Shown here piece by piece: positions 48,196 through 61,269 of a DNA stretch of 64,000 nucleotides (position 1 is its first letter; each line of letters begins with the position of its first letter). The position numbers were made by a program, and so were the translations under genes. The notes under the pieces are model-generated. The model saw only the letters and a program-made list of their open reading frames with translations. It did not search any database and was not told where the DNA came from. Source of the DNA: Malacoraja senta (lineage: Eukaryota); contig CM075993.1 in assembly GCA_038087875.1 (NCBI GenBank), forward strand, positions 8,248,001 to 8,312,000. The letters are read 5' to 3'.

Positions 48196-49242
48196 ATGCA
48201 AAGGATATGCAACAAAATACTAAACATGACTACTTTCATTTACATGACATTGCTGTGTCCCAAACATTATGGTGCCCTGAAATGGGGGGGGACTATGTAT
48301 AAACACAGCTGGAATTTTTACATGGTGAAACCAAAATGTATAAAAATGGCCTTTATTAAAATCTGACAATGTGCACTTTAACCACATGTGATTTTTTTTC
48401 TATTACAAATCTCAAATTGTGGAGTACAGAGGCAAATAAATAAATGATGGGTCTTTGTCCCAAACATTATGGAGGGCACTGTGTATGTTATCCCACTTTC
48501 GTATCCATTTCCCACTCATTAGGGGCAATTCACAGAGGCCAATTAACCTACAAACCCGCACATCTTTGGGATGTTAGAGAAAGCCCAAGCAGTCACAGGA
48601 GTAAATGCAAACTCCCCACAAACAGCACCCAAGGTCAGGATCGAACTCGGGTCTCTGGCACTGTGAGGCAGCGGTTCTACCAGCTGTGTCACTGCCACCA
48701 TATATCTAGCATGGAGCCACGGTAAAATTACAGAATGGAGTTACTGTCCTGGGTGATGTCCAGAGTTGGATAACACAATATGGCGTCTATAAAGATGCAT
48801 GTGTTTCAGTTCCAGAGTCTTGCAAGCTGTCCATATGCAGTAGTGCTGGAGGGAAGCCCCCTTGCATCATGACATAAGATGTTTAGCACTCTCTCCAACA
48901 ATAGAGATTAGCTAACATGACCGTAACATGACCTGCTATGGATTGTTTGCTTGTGAAGGAAGGAACTGCAGATGCTGGTTTACACCGAAGATGGTGGAGT
49001 AACTCAGTGGGACAGGCAGCATCACTGGATAGAAGGAATGGGTATTGTTTTGGGTCGAGACCCTTCTTCAGACCTTGCTTATGAGCAATGCCTTGCACAA
49101 TAGGACAAGCAACATGCACCCTCAAATATAATGGTAGTTGAGGAACAGTGCAGAGTCCAAACTGCTGTTCATTAATCTCTCTTTGCACACAAAAAAATAA
49201 TAGCAAATTCAATGCTTTCGAACCACTTTTTAGTGATGCGTT

Positions 49243-49280
49243 ATGATGGGTCTTTGTCCCAAACATTATGGAGGGCACTG
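49243..49280 (+). mobile_element. Tc1 right TIR tip
   Basis: atgggtctttgtcccaaacattatggagggcactg-ta. Confidence 0.8.
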
Positions 49281-49929
49281 TAATTAGGGTGGCCATTTTA
49301 CACTTATTGAATATAAATGGATGTTAAAAATGATTAGAATGCAAATGGTGCAGGTTGGGTCTCCCCTGATGTTTGCTCAACTGCTCTGCGACCTCAGGGT
49401 GTCACCACACAAACTGGGTGAAAGTGCAGTTTAAAAGGGAAAAAGAGGCTGGAGGCAAATGCAATAGAATTAAGATGGGCATACGACCATTTTTTAATGT
49501 TGAAAAGGCTCGAGAGAATCTCACTGCTTCTGGTCTTTGTGCTGCAAACATCCTTTAGCTCTGCAAGCTTCCTCTCAGCTACATAAGCATTTGGAGTGAC
49601 ATTTGGGTAATTTACAAGCCGTTGGGAGCAATCGTTTCCTTGTTTGCCTAATCAGATAATTAAGAGGCTCATTTCTGTCGTCTTGTGGTCACGTTCAGCT
49701 CTGCCTTGTGCTGATATTATAGGCTGTACATGGCAGGTTTCAGCAGTGACTGGCTGAGAATTCCTAATTCAGACCTAGAATGACTGACAAAGTCACCAGC
49801 ATCTCAGTTAAAGGTGGAGGCTTTGAACTGTCAGCCTTTTTGGATTATGCTGGAGAACTGGAAAACGTTAATCCCCAGTACACAATGTAAACAAGAGTCA
49901 AGGACATTAAAACAAAAATGTGAATTGGA

Positions 49930-50445
49930 ACATAGAACATGAAACAGCACAGCACAGGAACAGGCCAATCAGCCCGCAATGACTCTGCCAAACATGATTC
50001 CAAGATAAACTAATCTCAATTGCCTGCACGCGATCCATATCCCTTCATTTCCTGCCTATCAAAAAGCCTCCTGAATGCCACTATTATATCTGCCTCCAGT
50101 ACCACCCCTGGCAGTGCATTCCAAATACCCATCACCCTCCCCGCACATTTCCTTCCAATTTTATCCCTCTCACCTTAAACCTATGCCTTCTAGTCTTCGA
50201 CATTTCCACCCTGGGGAAAAAATGATGACTGTCTATCTATGCCTCCCTTAATTTTTATATACTTCTATTAGTTCTCCCCTCAACCTCTGGTCTTCCAGTG
50301 AAAACGATCCGAGTTTGTTCAAACTCTCCTTGTAGCTAATACCATGTAATCCAGGCCGCATTCTGGTCAACCTCATCTGCTCTCTCTCCTACACATCCTT
50401 CCTGTAATGGGGTGGCCCGAACTGCACACAATACTCCAGATGAGG
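49930..50445 (-). mobile_element. CR1 LINE 3' fragment
   Basis: ORF2 C-terminus and 3' UTR motifs. Confidence 0.75.
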
Positions 50446-50821
50446 ACAATCAGACCAGACCATGCAACCCAGGCGGAGAGACCATGACTCTGGCATGCGA
50501 TCCATGCATTGTGCCAGAACTTGCGCGCAAAGAACACATTGTTGCTATATGGAAGACAGGAAACCCGCACAGTCTTTAGGAGAACGTGCAGATTCCATAC
50601 AGACAACAGGATTGAACACGGCTTATGATAGAGTTGGTTGCATGTGCGATTTGAAGATGTGTTCACCGTTTTTGAGCACCCACGAGATTAGTGGGCATCT
50701 TAAGGCGCTGAATCCAGGCTCTGGTGACTCATCACTGGCATGGTCTCCAACCATTTGTTACAGCCCCTCTGTGCCGAAATCCAGAAAGCCTCCTGGACAA
50801 ACTCCTTGCAATGTCCTTGAA

Positions 50822-51578
50822 TTTAGAAACATAGAAAAATAGGTGCAGGAGTAAGCCTTTCAGCTCTTCGAGCCAGCACCGCCATTCAATATGATCATGG
50901 CTGATCATCTAAAATCAGTTCCTGCTTTATCCCCATATCCCTTGATTCCTTTAGCCCTAAGAGCTAAATCTAACTCTCTTGAAAACATCCAGTGAATTGG
51001 CCTCCACTGCCTTCTGTGGCAGAGAATTCCACAGATTCACAACTCTCTGGGTGAAGACATTTTTCCTCATCTCAGTCCTAAATGGCCTACCCCTTATTCT
51101 TAAACTGTGGCCCCTGGTTCTGGACTCCCCCAACACCAGGAACATGTTTCCTGCATCTAGCCTATCCAATCCTTTAAGAATTTTATATGTTTCTATAAGA
51201 TATCCTCTCATCCTTCTAAATTCCAGTGAATTCAAGCCCAGTTGATCATATGTCAGTCCCTCCATCCTGGGAATTAACCTGGTGAACCTACGTTGCACTC
51301 CCTCAATAGCAAGAATGTCCTTCCTCAAATTAGGAGCCAAACATTGCACACAAGACTCCAGGTGCGGCAGTAGGACCTCCTTGCTCCTAAACTCAAATCC
51401 TCTCACAATGAAGGCCAACATGCCATTAGCTTTCTTCTCTGCCTGCTGTACCTGCATGCTTACTTTCAGTGACTGATGTACAAGCACACTCAGGTCTTGT
51501 TGAACTTCCCCTTTTCTAAATCTGATACCATTGAGATAATAATCTGCCTTCCTGTTCTTGCCACCAAAGTGGATAACC
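50822..51578 (-). mobile_element. CR1 LINE 3' fragment
   Basis: KKANGMLAFI..PHLESCVQ..RTRGHSLRIRG..FTQRVVNLWNSLP. Confidence 0.9.
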
Positions 51579-52507
51579 TGATAACCTGGATGACTTGACC
51601 TAAATCACTCTTCACTGCTCAATTATCAATTCATCATAAGATCATAAGTGATAGGAGTAGAATTAGGTCATTTCGCCCATCAAATCTACTCCGCCATTCA
51701 ATCATGGCTGATCTATCTCTCCCATCTAACCCCATTCTCCTGCCTTCTCCCCATAACCTCTGACACCTGTACTAATCAAGAATCTATCTATCTCTGCCAC
51801 TGAAGTCAAGTTTATTGTCAGAAGCACAAGTACGATGAGTCATAGGTACAATGAAAGTCCTGCTTGCAGCAGCATAAAACCATTAGACATAGGAGCAGAA
51901 TTAGGCCATTCGGCCCATCACATCAGCTCCTCCATTCAATCATGGCTGATCAATTTTTCCCTCTCAACCCCATTCTCCTGCCATCTCCCTTTAACCTTTG
52001 ACATCCCTACAATCAAGAACCTGTCATTCTCTGCTTTAAAAAGCATCACAGACTTAGTCATCACAAAAAAAATAAAAAAATTCTGCAAGACAATTAAAAA
52101 AACTGCAAAAACAATTTAATGCAAAACACAATTGGAAAGATAAAGCAAGGCCGCAGTAGTGCAAGAGGCTCGTCTGTAGTGTTCTGTTGCCATGGTGGGA
52201 TTAGGGATGTGTGGATTGGTTCAAGAAACTGATGGCTGAAGGAAAGTAGCTGTTCCTGAACTTGGTGCTGTGGGACTTCAGGCTTCTGTACCTCCTGCCC
52301 AATGGTAGCAACGACAAGAGGGCACGGCCCAGACGTTGGGGATCCATGATACAGCGAAATTCATCCAGGAAAAGGGGACTGTCTTTAGGAGAGCACCAGA
52401 GGAAACCCACCTCATATTTCCCAGAGTATAAAAGATTTCACTTCACCCTGCAGGGTAAAATTCTTCTAAAGCTCTTAGACTGTCTGCACCTCTATCATTG
52501 TACATAT

Positions 52508-52725
52508 TGGCAGTCATAGTGGCGCAGTGGTAGAGTTGCTGCCTTACAGCAAAATGCAGCGCCACAGACCCGGGTTCCATCCCGACCACAGGTGCTGTCT
52601 GTATGGACTTTGTACGGTCTCCCCGTGATCTGCGTGGGTTTCTCCAAGATCTTCGGTTTCCTCCCACACTCCAAAGACGTACAGGTTTGTAGGTTAATTG
52701 GCTTGGTAAAATGTAAAAATTGTCC
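52508..52725 (+). mobile_element. HE1-like V-SINE
   Basis: Family match. Confidence 0.8.
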
Positions 52726-52929
52726 AGTGCTGAGTGATGCTCTGCCTAGAGCTTTTCAGCGTACTACATCCAGATCCATATTAGGTCAGTGATGCAACTG
52801 GTAGAGCTGCTGCCTCAGTTGACACAGATTCTAAACTGACCTCCAGTGCTGTCGATGTGCATTTTACTCATTCTTCCTGTGACCAAGTGAGTTTTCTTTC
52901 ACTTTTCAAAGACATGCAGGTTGTTTGGT

Positions 52930-53440
52930 CCCCTACTCTAGTCGTCATACTAGTTTCGCTGTCGTCCTGTTGAGTTTCACTGTCTGTGCAACTCGTTATC
53001 ACCTATCCTCGTTATCACCTATCCATAGCTATATTTAAGAGGGAGTTAGATGTGGCCCTTGTGGCTAAAGAGATCAGGGGGTATGGAGAGAAGGCAGGTA
53101 CGGGATACTGAGTTGGATGATCAGCCATGATCATATTGAATGGCGGTGCAGGCTCGAAGGGCCGAATGGCCTACTCCTGCACCTATTTTCTATGTATCTA
53201 TGTATCCCACAGCCAACAATGGACCTTTGTGGGTTTCACCTTTCTTTGATCATTGTTGCTTTTTGCATATCTTTTATTCATTTGTTCTAGATCTCTCCAT
53301 ATCACCATCTATATCTCTCGTTTCCCTTTCCCCTGACTCTCAGTCTGAAGAAGGGTATGGACCCGAAATGTCACCTATTCCTTTTCTCCAAAGATGCTGC
53401 CTGACCCGCTGAGTTACCACAGGTTTTTGTGTCTATCTTC
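52930..53440 (+). mobile_element. PLE 3' UTR/pLTR interrupted by a CR1 3' tail (about 53030-53200)
   Basis: Family motifs. Confidence 0.7.
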
Positions 53441-54210
53441 GTTTGGTAGGTTATTTGGCTGCTCTAAATTGCCCTTAGAATGTAGGTGAGATATGGAATC
53501 TTGGAGGAGTTAGATGTTATTGTACCTGCCTCAACTACTTACTCTGGCAGCTCGTTCCATATACCCACCACCCTCTGAGTGAAAAAGTTGTCCCTCAGGT
53601 TCCTATTAAATCTAAACCCCTCCCACCTTAAACCATGAAAGTTCAACCTGAAACCTCTCATCTTAAACTTACACCTCCTGGAAAGAGACGGAGAGAACTC
53701 CAGCAGGATTTGCAAACACATCCCACAGATGACAAAGTCTGACCTAGTTCATGCATAGAAACATAGAAAAATAGATGCAGGAGTAGGCCATTCGGTCCTT
53801 GGAGCCAGCACTGCCATTCAATATGATCATGGCTGATCATCTAAAATCAGTACCCCTTTCCTGCTTTCCCCCCCCCATATTCCTTGATTCCTTTAGCCCT
53901 AAGAGCTAAATCTAACTCTCTTGAAATACTGCAGAAATCTGAGACACCAGCAGTTGATGGAATGGGAGGTGAACAGAGATGGGGTTTAGCGTGACCGCGT
54001 GTGAAACAAGTAGGCTGAAGGGCACGTTTCCTGCAGTGCGATTCCACGTTTCTGACATCAGTGATAAATTTTCCAAATGGAATCTCCAAGTTGCTTTCAT
54101 GTAAAATACAGCTTCATGTGTTGAAGAGTCACAGATTCAGTGAAGTGCAATCAATATCATCTGGACCTTTTTGCAATGAAGGCAGATGTATCAGCAGCTG
54201 TTTGTTCAAT

Positions 54211-54249
54211 AATGAATGAATGAATGAATGAATGAATGAATGAATGAAT
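54211..54249. repeat. (GAAT)n microsatellite (retroelement tail)
   Basis: Seen directly. Confidence 0.9.
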
Positions 54250-54384
54250 ACCTTATTGTCGCATGTGACGGGTCACAGTGAGATTCTTTGTTTTTCACAC
54301 CCAAGGTATGTTGAGCTTATAGGACTTGATATTACAATCCCTACTATAATTGGCACCTTCTTAATATCTTGAGTGGGAGTAGGG

Positions 54385-54735
54385 GTAAAAACTTCATTGG
54401 GGCCATCAGGTGGACACCCTCCTTCCTTGGTGTTTCGTTGATAGGCCCACGACACCTCCAGAGGGCTCAACAGCAACAGTTGGCTTCCCAGGTGCGCTCT
54501 CCTCCGTGTTACCCCTCTTGCTGGTCATTTTTAAGCCCAGTTGGAGTCCTTCCTCTTCAGCCACAGCCAGTTGCTGCTTCGCTCGGCAGCCTCTGATAGC
54601 GACCTGACGGCTTTCCGGAAGGCCTGTCCTCGAACTCCCATTCCCTTCAGGAGTCTGGTTGTTGACATGGCTACAAACCCTCTACAACCAACCTCTACAG
54701 GGAGCACCTGGGTACCAAAGAGTCGCCACACAAAG
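54385..54735 (-). mobile_element. Hero/NeSL-group RLE non-LTR retrotransposon 3' end
   Basis: PVEVGCRGF...AVRSLSEAAERSSNWLWLKRKDSNW* plus 3' UTR. Confidence 0.8.
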
Positions 54736-54831
54736 TTACAAGTATCCCACCCTAGGTCCTCCTTTGTTTCGTCCCCCTCACCCTCCCCTCCCCCTCCCGA
54801 ATGCCGGGTCCTCCTTTGTTCTCCCCCCAGC

Positions 54832-55098
54832 CCCAGAGACCGCGTTCGATCCTGACTATGGGTGCTGTCTGCAGGGAGTTTGTGCATTCTCCTTGTGACC
54901 ACGTGAATTTTCCCCAGGTGCTCCGGTTTCCTCCCACCCTCCAAAGACGTACAGCTTTGTAGATTAATTGGCTTTGATAAAAATTGTAAATTGTCCCTAG
55001 TGTGTGGAATAATGTTAGTGTGCAGGGATTGCTGGTTGGGGTGGACAGGGTGGGCCGAAAGGCCTGTTTCCACTCTGTATCTCTAAACTAAACTAAAC
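54832..55098 (+). mobile_element. HE1-like V-SINE
   Basis: Family match. Confidence 0.8.
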
Positions 55099-55410
55099 AG
55101 TCGCTTATCCAGAATGAACACTACATTTACAATGTGTTTCTGATCATCTGTCAATCCTCAGCAGGAAATTCAGATAAATAATCTCTATTGTTCCGTTTAA
55201 ACGTAACCAAGCTGATTTGCTCAGATATTGCTGTGAGAAATATACCCAATTACTCAAACTGTACAACATTGCTACACAACGGCCCCACCTATTCCAAATA
55301 TTGCCAATGCCAATACTTACTGAATGTTTCAACGCTGCTCCTTTTCTCATTGGCAATGGTCACTGTCCTGTACCTACTATGACCTCTGAACTAATGCTAT
55401 TCAGCAAACA

Positions 55411-55660
55411 AAGGGCGACACAGTGGCCCATCTGGTAGAGCTGCTGCCTCACAGCTCCAGAGACCCAGGTTAGATCCTCACCTCGGGTGCTGTCTGTGTG
55501 GAGTTTGCACGTTCTCCCCGTGGCCATGTGGGTTTCCTCCGGGTGCTCTGGTTTCCTCCCACATCCCAAAGATATGCGGGTTTGTAGGTTAAATGGCGTC
55601 TGTAAATAGTGCCCCTAGTGTATAGGGAGTGGATGTGAAAGTGTGATAACTTAGGACTAG
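55411..55660 (+). mobile_element. HE1-like V-SINE
   Basis: Family match. Confidence 0.85.
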
Positions 55661-55684
55661 AATTTAGAACTAGAATTGTGAATT

Positions 55685-56310
55685 TTCAAGGCGTATTTGC
55701 CTTCATTGGTCTGGGCAATGAGTAGAGTCCGGAAGCTATGTTGCAGCATTTTTACAGGGCTTTGGTTAGGCCGCATTTGGAATGTTGTGTAGAGTTCTGG
55801 TTTGCCTCATTACAGGAAGGACGTGGAACTTTTGGAGAGGTTGCAGAAGTGGTCACCAAAATGCTGCTTGGGTTAGAAGGTGTTAGAGGGAAGTTGGACG
55901 ATCTTGGATTGTTTTTCTCTGGAGCATTGGAGGCTGTGGGGACATCTGATGGAAGTATATAAAATGATGAGAGGAATAGATAGGGTAGATAGATATTTTT
56001 CCAGGATGGAAATGTCACATTCTTGAGGGCAGAGGGCCTCAGGTGAGAGGGGCAAAAGTTTAAAGGAGATATGAAGGCCGTTTTTGTTTTGAGGCAGTGG
56101 GAGGTGGATGCCTGGAATGCACTGCCAGGGGTGGTGGTGTGGGCAGGATACGATAGTGGCATTCAGATAGACGCGTGTAAAGGCAGAAAATGGAGGGATA
56201 TGGATCACAAGCAGGCAGATGAGATTAGTTTAACTTCACATAATGTTCGGCACAGATTTTGTCGGCTGAAAGGCCTGTTCCTGCGTTGCACTGTTCTATG
56301 TCCTATGCTC
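55685..56310 (+). mobile_element. CR1 LINE 3' fragment (degenerate)
   Basis: YRALVRPHLECCVEFW; WNALPGVVV. Confidence 0.8.
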
Positions 56311-57390
56311 TATGAGTGCAGTCCCAACAGCTCTCAAGATACACCACCATCCGCAACAAAAAAAGCTCACTGGCTCTTGTATCCCATTAACCAACCTAAA
56401 TATTCACAAATTGCTGGAGTAATTCAGCAAGTCATGCAGCATCACTGGAGAACATGGGTGGATGGTGCTTTGGGTCAAGACCCTTCTTTCAAGAACTTTC
56501 TTCCAATCTTCTTCAGACTCTTCTTCCAGTCTGAAGAAGGGTCTCAGCCAGAAACATCCCTATCCACATTCTACAGAGATGCTGCTAGACTTGCTGAGAT
56601 ACTGTGCATCTTGTGTCCTTTTGTGTACTAACCAGCATCTGCAGTTTCTTGTTTCCACCCTAAATATTCACTGCAGTCTTCCAAATCCATGATGTCTACG
56701 ACAAGAAGGTCAAGGGAATCAACATCACCAACAGCTTATAGACACAAAAAGCTGGAGTAACTCAGCGGGACAGGCAGCATCTCTGGATAGAAGGAATGGG
56801 TGACGTTTCGGGTTGAGTCCCTTCTTGTTCCCTTCCAAGTCATGTGTCGTCTTCACTTGGAAATGCCTGCTATCCCATCACTGTGTCTGAGTCTGACCCC
56901 TGGAACTCCCTCCCTACCATCACTGTGTGAGCATCCTCTTCAGAGGTCCAAGGAGGTGGCTCACCGCCTCCTCCAGAATGACTCAGAATCTGCAGAAAAT
57001 GCTGTCAGCGACCACATTGCAGAAATGAATGAAACAAAACAACCGAGATCGACACCAAGGGGGTGGACCGCGAATGGACAGATTATTTCAGGGGATGGAG
57101 AGGAAAATCAGAGAACCCTAGTCACTTGTATATGGTATGTGTTGTTTGTGACGTTAGCCAAAGTGCTCGCAGAAATGGGCAGGAACTCATAGTTAACTCA
57201 TAGAATAATGAGTGAGGTTGGGACATGGATAGGAAAGGTTGAGAAGGATATGGGCCAAATGCGGGCAACTGGAAGTAGCTTAGATCTGGCATCTTGGTCA
57301 GCATGGATGAGTTAGGCCGAAGGGCCTGTTTCCGTGCTGTATGACTCTATGATTCCATGTTACTAGTAAGAGATAGTGAGAATGAAGATC

Positions 57391-59107
57391 TAGAGTCATG
57401 GAGTAATACGATGTGGAAACAGGCCCTTCGGCCCAACTCCCCCACACAATGTCAACAATGTCCCAGCTACACTAGTCCCACTTGCCTGAGCTTGGTCCAT
57501 ATCCCTCCAAACCTGTCCTATCCATGTACCTGTCTAACTGTTTCTTAAACGATGGGATAGTCCCAGCCTCAACTACCTCCTCTGGCAGCTTGTTCCGTAC
57601 ACCCACCACCCTTTGTGAGAAAATGCTATCCCTGGGATTCCTATTAAATCTTTTCCCCTTCACCTTGAACCTATGTCCTCTGGTCCTCGATTCCCCTACT
57701 CTGGGCAAGAGACTCTGTGCATTTACCCGATCTATTCCTCTCATGATTTTGTATACTATAAGATCACCCCTCATCCTCCTGCGCTCCATGGAATAGAGAC
57801 CCAGCCTACTCAACCTCTCCCTATAGCTCACACCCTCTAGTCTTGGCAACATCCTTGTAAATCTTTACTGAACCCTTTCAAGCTTGACAATATCTTTCCT
57901 ACAACATGGTGCCCAGAACTGAACACAATATTCTAAATGCGGTCTCATCAACGTCTTGTACAACTGCAACATGACCTCCCAACTTCTATATTGAATACTC
58001 TGACTGATGAAGGCCAAAGTGCCAAAAACCATTTTGACCACTTTATCTACCTGCGACTCGACCTTCAAGGAACCATGCACCTGTACTCCTAGATCCCTCT
58101 GCTCTACAACACTACCCAGAGGCCTACCATTTACTGTATAGGTCCTGCCCTTATTCGACGTCCCAAAATACAACACCTCACACTTTTCTGTATTAAATTC
58201 CATCAACCATTCCTCCGCCCACCTGGCCAATCGATCCAGATCCGGCTGCAATCTTTCACAACCATCTTCATTATCTGCAAAACCACCCACTTTTGTATCA
58301 TCAGCAAACTTTCTAATCTTGCCCTGTAGGTTCTCATCCAAATCATTGATGTAGATGACAAACAGTAACGGGCCCAGCACCGAACCCTGAGGCACACCAC
58401 TAGTCACAGGCCTCCATTCCAAGAAGCAACCTTCCACCATCTCCCTCTGCTTCCTTCCATGGAGCCAATTTGCTATCCATTCAGCTATCTCTCCTTGGAT
58501 CCCATGCGATCTAACCTTCCAGATCATCCTACCACGAGAAACCTTGTCGAATGCCTTACTGAAGTCCATGTACACAACATCTACAGCTCTGCCTTCATCA
58601 AGCTTTTTGGTCACGTCTTCAAAAAACTCAATCAGATTTGTGAGACACGACCTCCCACGTACAAAACCATGCTGACAATCCGTAATCAGCCCTTGCCCAT
58701 CCAAATGCCTGTATAACCTATCCCTCAGAATACTCTCCAGTAACTTACCAACCACAGATGTTAAGCTCACCGGCCTATAGTTCCCAACATTTTCCCTGCA
58801 ACCCTTCTTGATAACATTTTCCACCCTCCAGTCTTCCGGCACCTCTCTGTATTTAAGGACGACTCGTAAATTTCAACTGGGGCTCCCACAATTTCCTCTC
58901 TAGATTCCCACAATGTCCTTGGATACATCTGATCAGGCCCTGGAGATTTATCTACCTTCAGTACTTCTTCGACGGTAACACTGACTGCTCTCAAGACACT
59001 TCCAGTCACTGCTCCAATTTCCTCCGTCCTACTGTCTTTCTCCTTGGTAAATACAGAGGAGAAATACTCATTTTGTAACTTGCCCATCTCCGGTGGCTCT
59101 ACACAGA
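57391..59107 (-). mobile_element. CR1/HER1 LINE, 5'-truncated, with long RT region
   Basis: KSPGPD, YRPVSLTS, QHGF, DFSKAFD, GVPQGSVLGP, KFADD; C-terminal ORF 57472-57852; 3' UTR. Confidence 0.95.
57865..58842 (-). pseudogene. CR1 ORF2 reverse transcriptase fragment (325 aa open)
   Basis: Canonical non-LTR RT motifs; frameshifts at both ends. Confidence 0.92.
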
Positions 59108-59184
59108 CAGGACAAAACCAGGATCTCTAAACAAAGTCTTGCTCCCTAAATTACTGCAAATAACACTTTCCCACTGATAGACAT

Positions 59185-59391
59185 GCCACAGAGGGTAGTT
59201 GAGGCCAGTTCATTGGCTATATTTAAGAGGGAGTTAGATGTGGCCCTTGTGGCTAAGGGGATCAGGGGGTATGGAGAGAAGGCAGGTACGGGATACTGAG
59301 TTGGATGATCAGCCATGATCATATTGAATGGCGGTGCAGGCTCGAAGGGCCGAATGGCCTACTCCTGCACCTATTTTCTATGTATCTATGT
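59185..59391 (+). mobile_element. CR1 3' tail
   Basis: gatcagccatgatcatattgaatggcggtgcaggctcgaagggccgaatggcc. Confidence 0.85.
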
Positions 59392-59402
59392 ATGTTCAAA
59401 AT

Positions 59403-59538
59403 GGGGTGGGAGATTGCAACCTTCACGTGGTCCACCCTGTTTCAATGAATGCAATCAACCTGGCGTGCACATTGAGAAGATCAAACAGAAGAGGTTGTCT
59501 TACAACTTTAGGCTGTGCACGCTATACGCAAGAAGAAG
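59403..59538 (+). mobile_element. 136-bp non-autonomous Vingi-like retroelement with HDV-like ribozyme head
   Basis: 11-bp TSD atgttcaaaat (59392-59402, 59539-59549); homologous to 40215-40348. Confidence 0.8.
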
Positions 59539-59880
59539 ATGTTCAAAATCTTCACTTTTGTAACAGATAAAAAGAACCGAAGTTTAACAGAAGCTGGTCC
59601 TGAATCTGGTGATGCATGCTTTCTAGATTCTGTACCTTTTGCCCAACAGGAGCAAGGGGAAGAAGGAATGACCAGGATGTGACAAATCTTTCATTATGTT
59701 GCATTGCAAACATATTAAAACAACGTGACTATTTGGAACGTCCTGACATAAATGCTCCTTTTTTTGCAATTTTTCCTCTCTTTGCACTTTCTGGGACTTT
59801 GCTTTTTCCTTTCCTCCTCATTCATCTTTTATTCCGCCTCCTTCCTATCGCGTCCGTTTAACCCCACAGTTAATAATCTA

Positions 59881-59981
59881 GTCAGTCTGAAGAAGGGTTT
59901 CGGCCCGAAACGTTGCCTATTTCCTTCGCTCCATAGATGCTGCTGAACCCGCTGAGTTTCTCCAGCATTTTTGTCTACCTC
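59881..59981 (+). mobile_element. Short PLE pLTR unit with 14-bp TSD
   Basis: TSD cagttaataatcta at 59867-59880 and 59982-59995. Confidence 0.85.
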
Positions 59982-60332
59982 CAGTTAATAATCTAAAGTG
60001 AGTGCCGTTGACATCCCACTTTTCCATCTGTTTCTAACTGTGAAATGCTTCCTGAAAAATCTTAGTTCTATTTCTCCCGATGTTCTTAGCTCTGACGTAA
60101 ACCACAACCTTTCACCGCTTCCTCTTCTCTCTTCATTCTATCCATTCTCCTGCCTTGTGGAGCCCTTCATTCACAGACAGACGATCCAACACCAACATCT
60201 GTACCTCTGACTATTGAGCCGATGTATTTTGCATCCTGTGGCTGGTCCGTGGGATTGTATATACGTGACTTGTTGTCGCTTTGACTGTTGTCGACGTTAC
60301 TGCAGATATTCCTCCAGTGCCTCTACGGTCCT

Positions 60333-60615
60333 TTAGTTGAATTTAGAGATACAGCACGGAAACATGCCCTTGACACGATCCCCGCACACTCACACTATTC
60401 TACACACTAGCGACAATTTACAATTATACCAAGCCAATTAACCTACAAGCCTGTACGTCTTTGGAGTTTGGGAGGAAACCAGAGCTCCCGGGCAAAACCC
60501 ACGCGGTCACGGCGAGAACATACAAACTCCGTACAGACAGCACCTGTAGTCAGGATTGAACCCGGGTTTCTGAAGCTGTAAGGCAGCAACTCTACTGCTG
60601 CGCCACCATGCCACC
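60333..60615 (-). mobile_element. HE1-like V-SINE
   Basis: Family match. Confidence 0.85.
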
Positions 60616-61269
60616 CTCCTCCTGTCCAGCAGGTGCTCACCCAGCTCTCGTCCTCATCAGCTCAATCTAATCCACGCAAGACATCGCACAACAACCACTT
60701 GGCCTCAACCTGTTGCTCATAATCAGACAAGTGGAGATTTAACAGAAAGCAAAGTGGTTATCTCAGGTACAGAAGCTTCTAACCTCTAGGTCAGCACCAG
60801 ACACCACCTGACCAACTGTGCTGGTATTAAAGTTTAATAAAATCAAAGAACTTAAGCCATTGAAGTGTAAGCTGAAGCCACCTGTTACTTGGAGCCAAGC
60901 TTCACCTTCACACTGACCTGACTTTCCACCCTTCACAGCACCCACTGCTCTATCTCTCACTAATACATTCAGTTTTATTCCGTCTTAACTTACAAAGCAG
61001 CTACCACAGGAAAAAAATAGTCAATCAGAGAACAGCTAATCATACCACTTAATCTGATCACTTAATCGTTTCCAGCTCGGCAGAAGCCACAGGTAGAACA
61101 TGAAGCCGTCAGAGAGGCACACAGTGGAGTTGTCTGCCTAGATCTCCCTACCGCCTCTGTGTTTGAATGAACTGATTGTTCCAATGTCCTTGTCCTGTCC
61201 ACATTAACCTGCAGCTTATACCTTTTTGATTAAAATTAAAGAGGCAACAGGAATGTTGTGGTGGAACAA

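Larger units (their letters stand above)
47245..48481 (+). mobile_element. Second Tc1 copy (deleted, chimeric), inserted into a minus-strand V-SINE
   Basis: ta-cagtgccctc start, transposase 47533-48220, right TIR ending gagggcactg; SINE resumes on both sides. Confidence 0.85.

Noticed and set aside
56071..57192. 186-aa and 130-aa ORFs
   Set aside because: Chimeric read-through across CR1, PLE and L2-type repeat fragments
59650..59760. Good acceptor (ccttttgcccaacag) with an upstream TGCATG
   Set aside because: No convincing donor and no recognisable peptide
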